Below, one piece after another: positions 1 to 14,302 of a stretch of DNA of 64,000 bases. The DNA lies in assembly GCA_964016885.1 (NCBI GenBank), contig OZ024747.1, positions 23,436,001-23,500,000 of the forward strand, read 5' to 3'. Positions within the stretch are counted from its first letter, which is position 1; each line of letters begins with the position of its first letter. Origin of the DNA: Eledone cirrhosa (Eukaryota). The notes under the pieces are model-generated. The model was given only the letters and a program-made list of their open reading frames with translations, was not told the DNA's origin and searched no databases. The translations under genes were made by a program, and so were the position numbers.

Positions 1-507
1 TGCAAACTCTGCTAAGAGTATTGCAATCGCTTGTCAGATTACAGAAAATGGTGCACTTTTAGGCTACGGCCAGCCACACGAACCTGTAACAGACCCTGAA
101 CAAGCTATGTCTGTACTTTGAAGGTTTTTTAAATGGGGAAAAGGCCTTGCACTCGACCAATCCCACTCTCTGAGCATCGAAAACACTACCCGAAAAGGAG
201 AATTGGTCAACATCATCAGATGTTTCCGAAGCCGCAGGTTTTGGGGGTTTTTTCAGAGTTTCCCTCTCCTAGAAAGGTGTTGTGACAATAACTAGGGGCC
301 TTTCACTCCCAGGTAAAAAAAAAAAAAAAAAAATGTCTATTTGGATGGTCGTTGACACTGCTGAATTCCTCCGCCCTTTGCCGGGCCTTGTATTTCATCC
401 CGCAGGGTGTTTAAATATCACCCTCCCCGCCAAGCTAGCTTGGTGGGGTTGCCGGCTTAGTCGCCCACGACCCAACCATGAAACAGGTTATACTGGGGTA
501 CATGCTA

Positions 508-865
<358 letters not shown>

Positions 866-899
866 CATACATACATACATACATACATACATACATAAT

Positions 900-1560
900 A
901 TAAAAGAGGAAGACATACATATACATAATATGAAAAAGTACTGGAGGAATGTTCCAGTAAAAAACCGCTATAAAATGCAGCCATAACAGACCAGATATAA
1001 TGATATGGGACAGGGAAAAGAAGGCATGCACAGTAGTGGAAGTCAGCTGCCCAGCAGATGCCAATTTAATATTAAAGATTAGCGAAAAGGAGAATATCTT
1101 TGCAGAACTAATGAGAAATCTACAGATACTCCACCCTCACTATACCTTCAGATATATACCTGTGATTATTGGGGCACTGAGATATGTTAGTAACTGCCTC
1201 AGTACAAATCTTGAGAAGCTGGGCTTCACAAACCCGAAAAAACACGACTAGTTAGGAAATTACAAGTACAATCCATTAATGGAACAGTAAAAATATGTAA
1301 AACATTCCAAAGATTCTGCATCTAATAACTCCATGTACACTTGTACAGATACAAAGCACATGCACACATAACTAAAAACATACACATCCACACATACAAT
1401 AACATCCATACCTGCACATGCATGCATTCATGCATGCATACATACATATCTACCTAGTTGATGTTATGTATATTCCAATGAGAAAGTCTTGTGTCTATGT
1501 TAGAAACCGACTCTCTCTCTATTGGTAAAAAATTGTGAAATTATAAAACCAGAAAAACAT
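900..1560 (+). mobile_element. 3' fragment of an R4/Dong-like non-LTR retrotransposon (restriction-like endonuclease), frameshifted
   Basis: YWRNVPVK/TAIKCSHNRPDIMIWD...VVEVSCPAD...K..F..L...IPVIIGAL, an RPD..E..P RLE motif; sits in a (TACA)n microsatellite. Confidence 0.75.
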
Positions 1561-4500
1561 ACTTACATACATGTATGCATTCATACATACATGCATAATG
1601 CATACACACGCACACATACGTACATCCATATATACACCCTTACATAACCCATATTTACATATATATATCGTTTCATAATACATAAATATACATAGACATA
1701 CACATATGCATGCATACATGAATAGATAGTTAAATGAATATATATGTGTATGTGTGGGAGGAGGGGGTGTGTTCTTCTGGTTTTATTTCTAAAAGATTCT
1801 CGAGTCAGTGAGTCTGTTTCTAACTTATTTCGTTGGAAATTAGTCAACACAATTTAGTACTGATAATTTTGAAAATAGAAGCTTTCACTGTAAATTGATT
1901 ACAGAAAATATTCTAATATTGGGGTAAATGAACCCCGTAACGGAAAATGGGCATTAACATGCATGGGAATCGAACCCACACCTCTTATTTTCGAGATATG
2001 TATGCTATCTGATTACACGACTGGTCGAAGCCCATCATTCTCCAAATCTAAATACAGCTGATTTTCTGAGAAAAAAGAAATTGCTAGAGAGAAAGAGGAA
2101 GAATCCACCCGAGTACTGGATTGGTACTTTTTTTATCAACATTGAAAGTTGACCTCGGCGGGATTTGAACTCAGAGAATGCAGAAAGCCCGAACGGGTAC
2201 CGCAAAACATTCTAACCGACGTTTTAATGACTCTGCGAATTCACCGCCTAGAATAAAACAAACAATAGCAAATAATAAAATAAACGTAACACTGCCATGT
2301 CATTCAATAAGGAAATGAGCAATCTAACACGGTGTCAGTAGCTTTTCGTGTCAATATTTTCTTGATCGTTGTAGAAGATAAAATAAGATAAAATATCCAT
2401 GACGTGTGGTAAATATAGACTAAAGAAACAACATCATGCTGGACCTTTCTCACATATAAATGCAACCACGTAGAGTGCATCTACCTCCCTACTTACAACT
2501 GACACTGCACACCAAGTCCGAACACAGAAGAACCGAACTCACACTGTTATCGCCTCCATCTCTCTTACCCACCCATCTCTCTCTATTATGAGCAAATGGG
2601 GTCCCACGTGTTGGCCGCCCCACGGCCCCGACGGACAGAATGGAGAAGGCGTTTCCATGATTGACCAATGTGTTCATCGTTTTTAAGATGGTGGATTTCT
2701 AGAAATTCAAGCGACTACATATCCACCTCCATCACTGACTCTTGTGAAGAATAGTTTAAATTCATATCGAAAGAAAATTCTAAATATTTTCTAATTTTAT
2801 TTCCGGATTGTTAGTGAGAATTCAGATATTTCATTTTCTCAAGCCTTTAGTATATTTCAAAGTCACGAAATTTTAATATTGTAATCGTCTAGTTGTGATC
2901 AGACAACCGTTGAGTGCGCATAACTTTAAAACTTTTATGTATTTGCTTTCTTTTGCTCTTTCTTGCCGTCACTCTAACCGCATTGCTTGAAACAAACAAA
3001 AGACCGTCCGTGTGTAATCAGTCTTACTAACTTCTGTCTTGTATACTACCGATTTAATATAGTCTAAAGGCCATTAATCTTTCTTTCTACATGAACATCT
3101 TGGACTTTGGATGGGATGTTATTATGGGCTTCGTATTGGGAGGAGAAGAGTAACTGATCTTCGTGAAATGTGTCTATCTGGAAATCCCGTCACAACCCTA
3201 GTCACAACATTCATCTATACCAAGATAATGATATAGTAGTTTCTCACAACTGCGATGACCATACGTTAGAGGTTTTCCTGATAAGCCTGGTAAAACTGAG
3301 TGAGGATCAGCCAGTGAGAAAATACTAGAAGAAATATTTATTGATTTCTAATTTATGCACAAGACCAGCAGATTAGGGAAAATGGTAAATTTAGAACGGT
3401 CCGGCTTTCTGCACTCGGAATTCAAATACTGTCAATAAAATAAGTACTAGTCCTGAACTGGCGCTCGATTCTTCCTCTATATATCTTTCTCCGTTCCTCT
3501 GTATCACCCCCTCTCCTTCCCTGGAAAAATATTGGCTATGTTCAGGCCTTGAGAGGGGATGGGTTCCACCAGGTTTAAAGTGCCCAAGATACGCTGTATG
3601 TCACTAGGCACCTCGACGACTCCATCTGGAATTATGGGACCATAAATACGAATTGATTAATTTAAAATAGTTGAGGGAAATTGTTGAAGTAAATCAATTG
3701 GTACTTTATTTTATCGACCACAGAAAGATAAAAGGAAAAGTTGGCCCCGGCGGGATTTGAACTCAGAAGCCAGAACAAATACCGTAATGACATTTTACCC
3801 TACGCTCTACCAATTCTGCGAAACCAGTGACTCTTAAGAGAAATAGATATTAAAATTAAGATTAATACTAGCCTACGATAATTGTACTCATAGGCCCCTT
3901 TGGGTATTAATGACCATGGATTTGCATATAGAAAGTTCCTCTCCGAGCAATGTGTTTTTTGAGAAAGACCAGTAGACACTCATGCATATTAGTCTCTCCA
4001 CTCCACGCCGCCGATAAAAAAAAGAAACGACCGATACAGTTTGTCACCAATGTAGCGACAGAAACTTTGTCATATCCTCGTTCAGAAACATTTGAATGTG
4101 CCTACTTGTAGGTCTATCTGTGCTCGCTCACCAATTGTTGGGTTGGACAGTGTGCTCTCGTAGTTGGAAGATTAGCCGCGGCCATGGGTACCTAGGCGAA
4201 ATTTAAACTCAGAATGCAAAAAACCTGAACAGGTGCTGCAAAGCATCTCGACCGAAGCTTTAACCAACCAACTTCCCTGGATTAGTTAGTACTTTAATGA
4301 CTCCAAAAGTATAAAAATCAATATTGACATTGAAGCGGGTTTGAACTCAGAGTGTAGAGAGAAGAAATGAATACCCCAAGGGATTCTATCTAACGCTCTT
4401 AACAAATTTGCTAATTCATTGCTTTCACAAATACGTTTATTTCCAGTTAATAGTCTTCGAATCCTCTTCCATTGAATAACGTCATTTGCTAAGGTGTGGT

Positions 4501-5731
4501 TATCCAACCTTAATGTATTTCAGATCATTCAACCAGAGCAGCTATCTAAGGAATTTAAGGTGTGTTTAGAATAACACTTTGTTCAATTCCCAACATAGTT
4601 ACCCTATATGTGTTACGGGAAGTATTTCTTAAAGAAACTTAATAATTCTTTCTACTTTTGGCACAAGGCCAGCAATTATCCCAGTGTATTACTGGTACTT
4701 TATTTTATCGACCCCCCATAAGGATGAAAGGCAAAGTTAACCTCAGCGAGATTTGAACTCAGACCATAAAGGGCCGTAACTCTATGCCACAAAGCATGGT
4801 GTCCGAACCTCTACCGATACTACCAATCCATCACCCTCACCACAAATAGATAGATATCTTTTACACCTCTGATGTGATATTTTATAACATAACTCACGGC
4901 CCAGTTATTGTTGTCTATATTTGCAACAATCCATAGATAAGAGCTGCATGCATTAGCAACGGAAACTACCACCACCACCACCACTACCACTGCCACTACT
5001 ACAATACTTGACTGGTATTTATTTTAACTACTAATAATGAGTTCTACTTTAGGCATAAGGCCAGCAATTACCCAGTGCATTACTGGTACTTTATTTTATC
5101 GACCCCGTAAGGATGAAAGGCAAAGTCAACCTCGGCGGGATTTGAACTCAGATCGTAAAGGGACGTAACTATGCTGGAAAGCATGGCGTCCGACCCTCTA
5201 CCGATACTGCCAATGAGTTCTACTTTAGGCACAGTGAAAGTCGATTAACCCGACCCCAGTGCATGACTGGTACTATATTTTATCGACCTCGTAAGGATGA
5301 AAGGCAAAGCTAACTTCGGCAGGATTTGAACTTATACTGTAAAGGGCTGTAACTCTGCTGCAAAGCATGGTGTCCGACGCTTTACCGATACTGCCAATCC
5401 ACCACCCTGGGGTTTGACCTCAGAACATAAAGAGCCGTTACTAAATACTGCAAAGCACTTTGTCCGATGGATGAACGATTCTGCCAACCCTCTACCCCAT
5501 AATAATTGTTTCTAATTTAAGCACGACAACAGTTTGAGGGGAACGAAAGGTCGATTACATCGAACCCAGTACTTGACAGGTACTTTATTTTATCGACCAT
5601 GGGAGGATGAAAGGAAAAATTTACATCGGCTGAATTTCAACTCAGAACGTAAAAGGGCGTAACTAAATACTGCAAAGTATTTTGTCCAACACACTAATGA
5701 TTCCGCCAATTAATGCCACGGTGGGGCAATA

Positions 5732-6338
5732 TTTTGTTGACGGACGTTTTGTTGGGCGGGGCAAGACTGAATGTTTTGTTGGGGTGGAGCAAAGCTGAAT
5801 GTTTTGTTGACGGACGTTTTGTTGGGGTGGAGCAAAGCTGAATGTTTTGTTGACGGACGTTTTGTTGGGGTGGAGCAAAGGTGAATGTTTTGTTGACGTA
5901 AGTGTTGTTGGGGTGGAGCAAAGCTGAATGTTTTGTTGACGTAAGTTTTGTTGGGGTGGAGCAAAGGTGAATGTTTTGTTGACGTAAGTGTTGTTGGGGT
6001 GGAGCAAAGCTGAATGTTTTGTTGACGTAAGTTTTGTTGGGGTGGAGCAAAGCTGAATGTTTTGTTGACGTAAGTTTTGTTGGGGTGGAGCAAAGCTGAA
6101 TGTTTTGTTGACGTAAGTGTTGTTGGGGTGGAGCAAAGGTGAATGTTTTGTTGACGTAAGTTTTGTTGGGGTGGAGCAAAGCTGAATGTTTTGTTGACGT
6201 AAGTTTTGTTGGGGTGGAGCAAAGCTGAATGTTTTGTTGACGTAAGTGTTGTTGGGGTGGAGCAAAGGTGAATGTTTTGTTGACGTAAGTGTTGTTGGGG
6301 TGGAGCAAAGCTGAATGTTTTGTTGACGTAAGTTTTGT
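5732..6338. repeat. 43-bp minisatellite, about 14 copies
   Basis: Unit ttttgttgacgtaagttttgttggggtggagcaaagctgaatg; explains the three stop-free minus-strand ORFs. Confidence 0.95.
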
Positions 6339-6729
6339 GTAATTAAAATTATATATATAATTGCAATTTAGTTATTGAAACATATTTACTTACAGCGAGA
6401 CTACATACTTATCAGTGTGTGATCCCGCTGATGATAGAATTAGGCTAGACTGGGTTGGTTTATGAGAAAATAGATTTGGTAGACGAAGATAAATTTACAG
6501 GGAAGTAAACTGAAACAATAAGTGTGGTATTATGGGAGGGAGGAATTTAAATAAGGATATCTTTAAAGTCGATCATTAAATTCAATAAATATCAATGTTT
6601 ACTTAAATGTTAAAATGTCCGAAACGAGTTGTGAATATGTTTATAGTTTTTTGGATTATTAGTATATGAGGTTAATAGTAAAAAAAAAAATATTATCAGC
6701 ATATCATTATTTGATTCTTTTCACAGAAA

Positions 6730-6948
6730 ATGGACACAAAGAGTCGACTTGCAAGTAAAAAAGCCAATTCAAGCAAAATGCTAGGCGTTTCTGCGATATT
6801 CCGGGATGAAAACAACCAATTAAAAATGATCTTTGACAAGGAAGATGGTTCACAGACAATCAAAGGCAACAGAAAACTTGATCAACTGCAAAATTTAAAA
6901 TTTGCACCCGGTACCATCAAATCTCCTTCACGTGATCTGCAAGCATCG
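6730..6948 (+). CDS. MYO7A-like: Coding exon 1 ([11 protein letters not shown]...RDLQAS), N-terminal region without recognised homology
   Basis: Acceptor ttttcacag ends at 6726, ATG at 6730, donor TCG|gtatgt gives phase 0, which matches exon 2. No homology support. Confidence 0.65.
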
Positions 6949-7372
6949 GTATGTGGCAAACTTTGTAAAAAAATGTTCCCCTACTTGAAATATTCGCCCA
7001 GAGCATAATAAACGTAAAGACAATCATCTCCTCGTTTCTGCTTCAACTGAATTTCAGTTATCAGCCGCAACCATTTTATTCCACTTACGTTAACAATTCC
7101 CATATCCCCCCCTCATCTACAGTCGCAGGTTTTATAGGTACTAAAACTCCCAAAATGTCTTTTATAAAATATCTACAGGGTTGGCCAGAATTCATGACTC
7201 GCTTGTTATATTTCTTAATATGCTTATTTTATTGTTATTGTATTGTTTTAATTTATTATTTCTATTTTTATTTCTTAATATTTCTATTTCTTAATATGCC
7301 TCACAGATTTATAGATCTATAATAGATTTATAAATAATTAAGTGAGTTATGAATTCTGGCCCACTGTGTATA

Positions 7373-7439
<67 letters not shown>

Positions 7440-10400
7440 CTTTGTCCCTCTGTCTGTCTGTCTTTTTCTTATGCATTTCCAAAGGGCTCGACCAAATCAA
7501 ATCAAATTTTAGACCCCGGAGTAACAACAATTTTTATTTTCATTTGGATTAAAACAATATAACACTTTATCTAAAATAGTCTACTATAGACAAGCAAACG
7601 TATATTTTATAACACGACGACGATGTCACATTTTGTATATGAGCGCGTCTGTGAGTGTGTGTTTGCGCGTTCGTTACGTACGTTACTCATTAGTAAGTTA
7701 CATACACATCTTCACGAAAATACTTAATCAGATACACAGAGAATTAAACACACGATTGGGACGCTGCTTTACACACATACACACGCACACACGCGCACAC
7801 ATTTATATAAGATTGTCTATATATCTATATCTATATCTACATATAATATAAAATATTGGAACTTCCATCATCCTTTTGAGAAACGTGGACACTTTACAAC
7901 CAGGAAGATGATGAATCAACTCCTGAGGTCACTATTCTTGGAGACAATCATCAAGGAGGAAATACATTTATTCCCAAGATTCCTCTTATCCCTTCCTCTA
8001 CCGAGCTGCCGTTCAAATTCTCAAGACTTCAGTTCCCTGTTAGAGCCAGTCTTGCTATGATCGTACATAAAGCTCAGGCTCAGAGTTTCAAAGTTGTAGA
8101 ATTGAATACAAGAGAATCTCTTTTTTCCCATGGACAGTTATATGTAGGTTGTTCACGAGTGGAAACACCTAAAAATCTTCATATACTATGCACGAACTGT
8201 AAAACGAAGAATTTGGTGTATCTGGAAGATAAGATTTTTTTACAGTTTATTTTTTTGTAACACACACACCACGGTCTCGCCTCATACTGTAAACCAGATA
8301 AACATCCAATAGAGTCATTTTCTCATCTACCTGTCTTCTATTATCATCTGTTTACGAAACTGGGTACATCACCTAGTATATTATAATACCCCAATCTCAA
8401 TTATTCCTCTAGTACAGTCACGTTACAGTTTCGTTACAGCCTCGGGAGAATGCTCTGTGGTGTTTGTTCCGGCTCTCTGTAATCTGAGTTCAAATCGGCC
8501 TTTTAAGCTTCTGGAGCCGATAAATAAAGTAATAGTCAAGTACTGGGATTGATTTTCCCCCACTTTCTCTAGATCCGGTATGCTGCACCGTTAGAAGCAT
8601 CTCTTCAGATATGGATAAGAATTGAACGAGGAACTAACAACCTCTTCTCATATATAAATTGATATATTACTGGAATTGTCAAAAGACAGGTCGATGTGTA
8701 TTACAGTTCAGAACGGGAACAAAACAGAAGACATAAAACATATCTCCGTGTACATATATTATAGTTCTCAAAGAGATACAGCGAGACACATGATGTGATA
8801 ATGCTGGCCCCTTTGAATCACATGTACAACCAATTCTTGCCAGCTCAGTGAACTGGAGCAACGTGAAATAAAGTATTTTGCTCAAGGACACAACGCGCTG
8901 CTAAATCATGCTCCATCACATTAGTAATTCTACGTGTATCATAATAACAATATGCAGGATTTAGGAAGGGATTGGATTACTAAACCCGAGGTATGAAGTT
9001 TAATTCCAGCGCAGTTGTTACGTCACGATTACGTTTTGATGACCGGGATCAAATCATCTAGCTGGTCTTCTATTCAGGTGGAGCTATATATATTTTATAA
9101 TAGCAGTGCGTGGCGTAGTGGTTAGGGTGCTGGGGCTCATAATTGTCAGGTCGTGAGTTTGAAATCTGTATTGGGCGTTGTGTCCTAGAGAAAGATACTT
9201 TAAGATATTTTATTTCACATTACTTCAATTCACGTAAATGAGTTGTATCTGTAATTCAAGAGGCCATGCTAAATCTCTCTGAGAAATACCTTAAGATTGC
9301 ACGTGTCTGTGGATGCTCAACTACTTGTACGTTAATTTCATCAGCAATTGGAGCATCATTGTAGATAATTACGGATGTCCATCAACAATAACATTATCTC
9401 TTATCCATTTCAATATCGTGAAACCGTAGTTAAACATTGGTGACATTTACATTTTAAGGATATTTATATCTTCCGATGTAATTCGGTGCGAAATCGTGAT
9501 CCTTGTTTGTTGAAAATGAAAGCATTATTTTTTTCTTCAATGGGCGGTGGATTGGCAGTATCGGTAGAGGGTCGGACGCCATGCTTTCCAGCATAGTTAC
9601 GTCCCTTTACGATCTGAGTTCAAATCCCGCCGAGGTTGACTTTGCCTTTCATCCTTACGGGGTCGATAAAATAAAGTACCAGTGATGCACTGGGTAATTG
9701 CTGGCCTTGTGCCTAAAGTAGAAACAATTATTTTTTTCTTCAATACTTCGCCTTCTCCCTCTCCCATCTCTTTCTCACTCGCCCTCCCTCTCCTTCTCTA
9801 TCTTTGGCTCTCTCTTACTCCGCTTCTTTATCTCTCACTCTCCCTCCCTCCCTCCCCATCTCTATTTTTCATTCTCTCTACCATCAAAGGTACTCTATAT
9901 GCCAGGAAACATCCTGACAAAGCTACTGTTGGTTTGCATGACTGACGTTCCCTTCCGTTGCTCATAGAGCAAACTATACTCAAAGGAACAAAGAGGCAAT
10001 GAATATATATATATGAGAGAGAGAAGCGTGGGGAGATAGATAGATATATAGATAGATAGAGAGAGAGAGAGTTGTGTGTGTGTGTGTGTGTGTGTATGTG
10101 TGTGTATGTGTGTTATATTATATATTTAGGGAGTGTCATGCTGCCAAAAAATACACTTGCACCAGTTGAATTTCAGTTCGGTTTTATGATTAGTTAGGTA
10201 ATTAATCCATTCTTTAGTAACCGGGTAGTTAATTTCCATATTTTAATATCAAAGCTCTTTCGTCACACATTCTGTGACCTTCTCAATGATTATTCTTGCT
10301 ATTTCCCTTTTACACTTTGAGCTTATTACTAAACTAACCGCAGAATAGATTAGTTACCTAATAAATAATAAAACCGAAGTGAATATCTACTGATGCGTAA

Positions 10401-11715
10401 GTTGTTATTTAGCAACATGACCCTCCCAAAATATAACAACATAGGGTTTCAGATCAAGAATCTTGCCAAATAAATGCCAAAATGAAAAATACATATGTCA
10501 ATTATCTATCTATATATATGTGTGTGAGTGTGTGTGTGTAAAAGGTAAACAGAAATAACAACACAATCGGTACAATATATGGACGGGATATATTAGGTTA
10601 ACGCTTGATATAGTAAGAAGAGGGTCTTAACGTTTCGGGCGCTAGTCCTTCATCAGAAAAAAGAATGAGAAATAAGATAGATTGAGGGGACGGGTGGGCT
10701 GGAATTGGAAAAAATGTCTTTAGATATTGAAGGTACTAGGGTGGGAGTGAAAAATAGAGAGGTGAGGAGAAGAAGGGGGTGTAAGAAGATTGTAGTAGAG
10801 GAAAAGTGGTAGAGAGTCGTGGAATATTTAAATGCAAGAAGCAAAGAAAATTTCAATGATACGAAAGATTTCCTGGTGGAAGTTCAAGTGTACTCCGGGC
10901 TGGTATCCAGTTTCGGGGTGAAAATCCAATTAGAAAATCCAACGAATTTAAAAAGCCATCCTACTGACATGGCTTTAAAAATGAGGCTGTTTGTATAATT
11001 GCAATCGAATCGAATATTATTATTAATATTCGAAAAACTCAGATTACATTTATTATATATATATATATAAAGCCGCATAAGCCGATTGTGCATTGTTGCA
11101 TAATATATGCAGACAGATGGTGCAGTGCACTTTACTGCTGCATTAGTGCGGCAGAAACTCGAGTCCGGGTACCTTATTGGCACCTGTTTGTGTGTTGTGT
11201 TGAGGCAAATAACTATGTGTATACTCTGGTAATGTATCTTACATTGCCCATTGAGTGCGCTGAGATACAACTGGTACTGGCATTGATAAATATGCTGGGT
11301 CCGTCATCCCTTATTATTATATATATATATATTTTTTTTTTCGAATATTAATAATTGTTTCTACTTTAGGCACAAGGCCAGCAATTACCCAGTGCATTAC
11401 TGGTACTTTATCTTATCGACCCCGTAAGGATGAAAGGCAAAGTCAATCCATATTAATAATAATATTCGATTCGTTTGCAATTATACAAACAGCCTCATTT
11501 TTAAAGCCATGTCAATAGAATGACTTATATATATAGAGAGAGATATACTTTAACTTTAATTATATCTCATAAAATAATACAACTGGTTTTTCCACATTAT
11601 ACATATTGTTAGCACCCCAAACACTTAAATTGGGTTTATATTTTAATATAACCTAATGTTTGTTGAGTGAGATGGTTACCAGTCAGAGTTTAGCTTTAAA
11701 CTATCTCTGTTATTG

Positions 11716-11770
<55 letters not shown>

Positions 11771-12117
11771 GTTATATAAGATCTTTTAATATATATATAT
11801 ACTGAAGCATTTACGAATATAATCTGCTTTTATATTTCAGGTATATGCTTCCGTCCATAACTATGTGGACTATTCTACACCTGGATATAGGCAAGAGCCG
11901 GACAATGACTCTATGATCAGTGATATTTTATTTGCAGCTTCGGATAATTTTTCAGGTTTTGCCAAGAAACATTTCCAGATCACAAATCCGAGCCCTGATT
12001 GCTACTACAATCGTCCTCTCACAGTTTCTTTGCTTCCACCCAAAGACAAATCTGTACACTTGGTAAATATGCTTTTCATTCATCATCGCAATAATCTATT
12101 TCGTTAAAACAATTGTG

Positions 12118-12148
<31 letters not shown>

Positions 12149-12979
12149 CATACATAGGAACCAGTAAGACCCCGACAGCTGAGCTCAAGCCGTTTCGACG
12201 GCTAATTCTGGACTAAAATTTTAGTCCAGAATTAGCCGTCGAAACGGCTTGAGCTCAGCTATCGGGGTCTTACTGGTTCCTATTACCCACTCTACTACCT
12301 CAAGTATTGAGTACTTTGGTGCGTTATGGTCCACCTGGTTCCCTACCACATTTCCTTCGTTATATACATACATATATATACATACGTATATATGTATACA
12401 TATATATACATATATATGTATACATATATATATATACATATATATGTATTTATATATATATATACATATATATACATATACATATACATATAAATATATA
12501 TATATACATATATAAATATATATATATACATATATAAATATATATATATATATAAATATATATATATACATATATATAAATATATATATATACATATATA
12601 TAAATATATATATATATACATATATATAAATATATATATACATATATAAATATATATATACATATATATAAAATATATATATACATATATATATATATAA
12701 ATATATATATAAAATATATATATACATGATATGTTGATTTAAAACTGCACTATCCACAAGTGTTTTTAACCTTCATATCATGTCCTCATATTTTATCTGA
12801 TGAAAACACAAATGTTATTGCATGATGATATTTGTTTTTGAAATGCGCATAATAAAATACATGGAACTCATTTAACCATTTGATCTTATATATTATATAT
12901 ATATATATACATATATATATATACATATATATACATATATATATATACATATATATACATATATATACATATATATACA

Positions 12980-13019
<40 letters not shown>

Positions 13020-13546
13020 CATATATATACATATATACATATATATATATATTCATATATATACATAACTATCTATCTATCTAAGGCGGGTAAAATTCCC
13101 GAGATCCATGGACGAGTTCTCTCCAGCAGTCTCTGTCCCTCATTATCGCTGCCATTGCTGAAATGGAGTCTGTGCTGCTGTATGGGTCTGAGACTTGGAC
13201 ACTGACCAAGAAACTCACTCAGATGGTGGATGGGTGCTACACGAGAATGCTGAGGATGGCTCTGAACATTAATCAGTATACACTGAGGATGAAAAACTCA
13301 GAGCTGTATGGGAGCATCCCAAAAGTCAGCTCAAAAGTGACACAGAGGAGACTGAGGTTGGCTGGACATGCTCACCGACATCCAGAGTTGACATTGCGCT
13401 CAGTGCTCCTTTGGGATCCCCTACATGGACACACTAGAAGAGGAAGACCAAGGTTAACGTATGTTGATGCCCTAAGGACAGACACTGGTCTGTTGGAGAT
13501 GCAGGACATGGCAGCGATATATACATATATATAGACATATATATAC

Positions 13547-13635
<89 letters not shown>

Positions 13636-13660
13636 CATATATATACATATATACATATAT

Positions 13661-13703
<43 letters not shown>

Positions 13704-13728
13704 TACATATATATATACATATATATAC

Positions 13729-13759
<31 letters not shown>

Positions 13760-13853
13760 CATATATATACATATATATACATATATATACATATATATAC
13801 ATATATATACATATATATACATATATATATATATACATATATATATTTATATA

Positions 13854-13885
<32 letters not shown>

Positions 13886-14216
13886 CATATACATATATAT
13901 ATATACATATATATATATACATATATATACATATACATATATATACATATATATACATATACATACATATATATACATATACATATATATACATATATAT
14001 ATATATACATACATATATATACATATACATATATATACATATACATATATATATATATATACATATATATACATATACATATATATATACATACATATAT
14101 ATATACATATACATACATATATATACATATACATATATATACATATACATATATATACATATACATACATATACATATACATATATATATATACATATAC
14201 ATATATATACATATAC

Positions 14217-14302
<86 letters not shown>

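Noticed and set aside
1960-2030. tRNA-like sequence on the minus strand (also about 30085-30145 and the SINE heads)
   Set aside because: Box A/B present but cloverleaf stems are broken; better explained as decayed SINE heads.
5663-6308. Three overlapping minus-strand ORFs of 170-204 aa
   Set aside because: Artefact of a stop-free 43-bp tandem repeat, open in all three frames.
5732-6338. CRISPR-like regular array (also 56050-56356 and 53458-53872)
   Set aside because: Units are contiguous with no unique spacers; eukaryotic context with no cas genes.
6901-6916. Alternative donor CCG|gtacca for exon 1
   Set aside because: Gives phase 1, incompatible with the phase-0 acceptor of exon 2; the 6948 donor fits.
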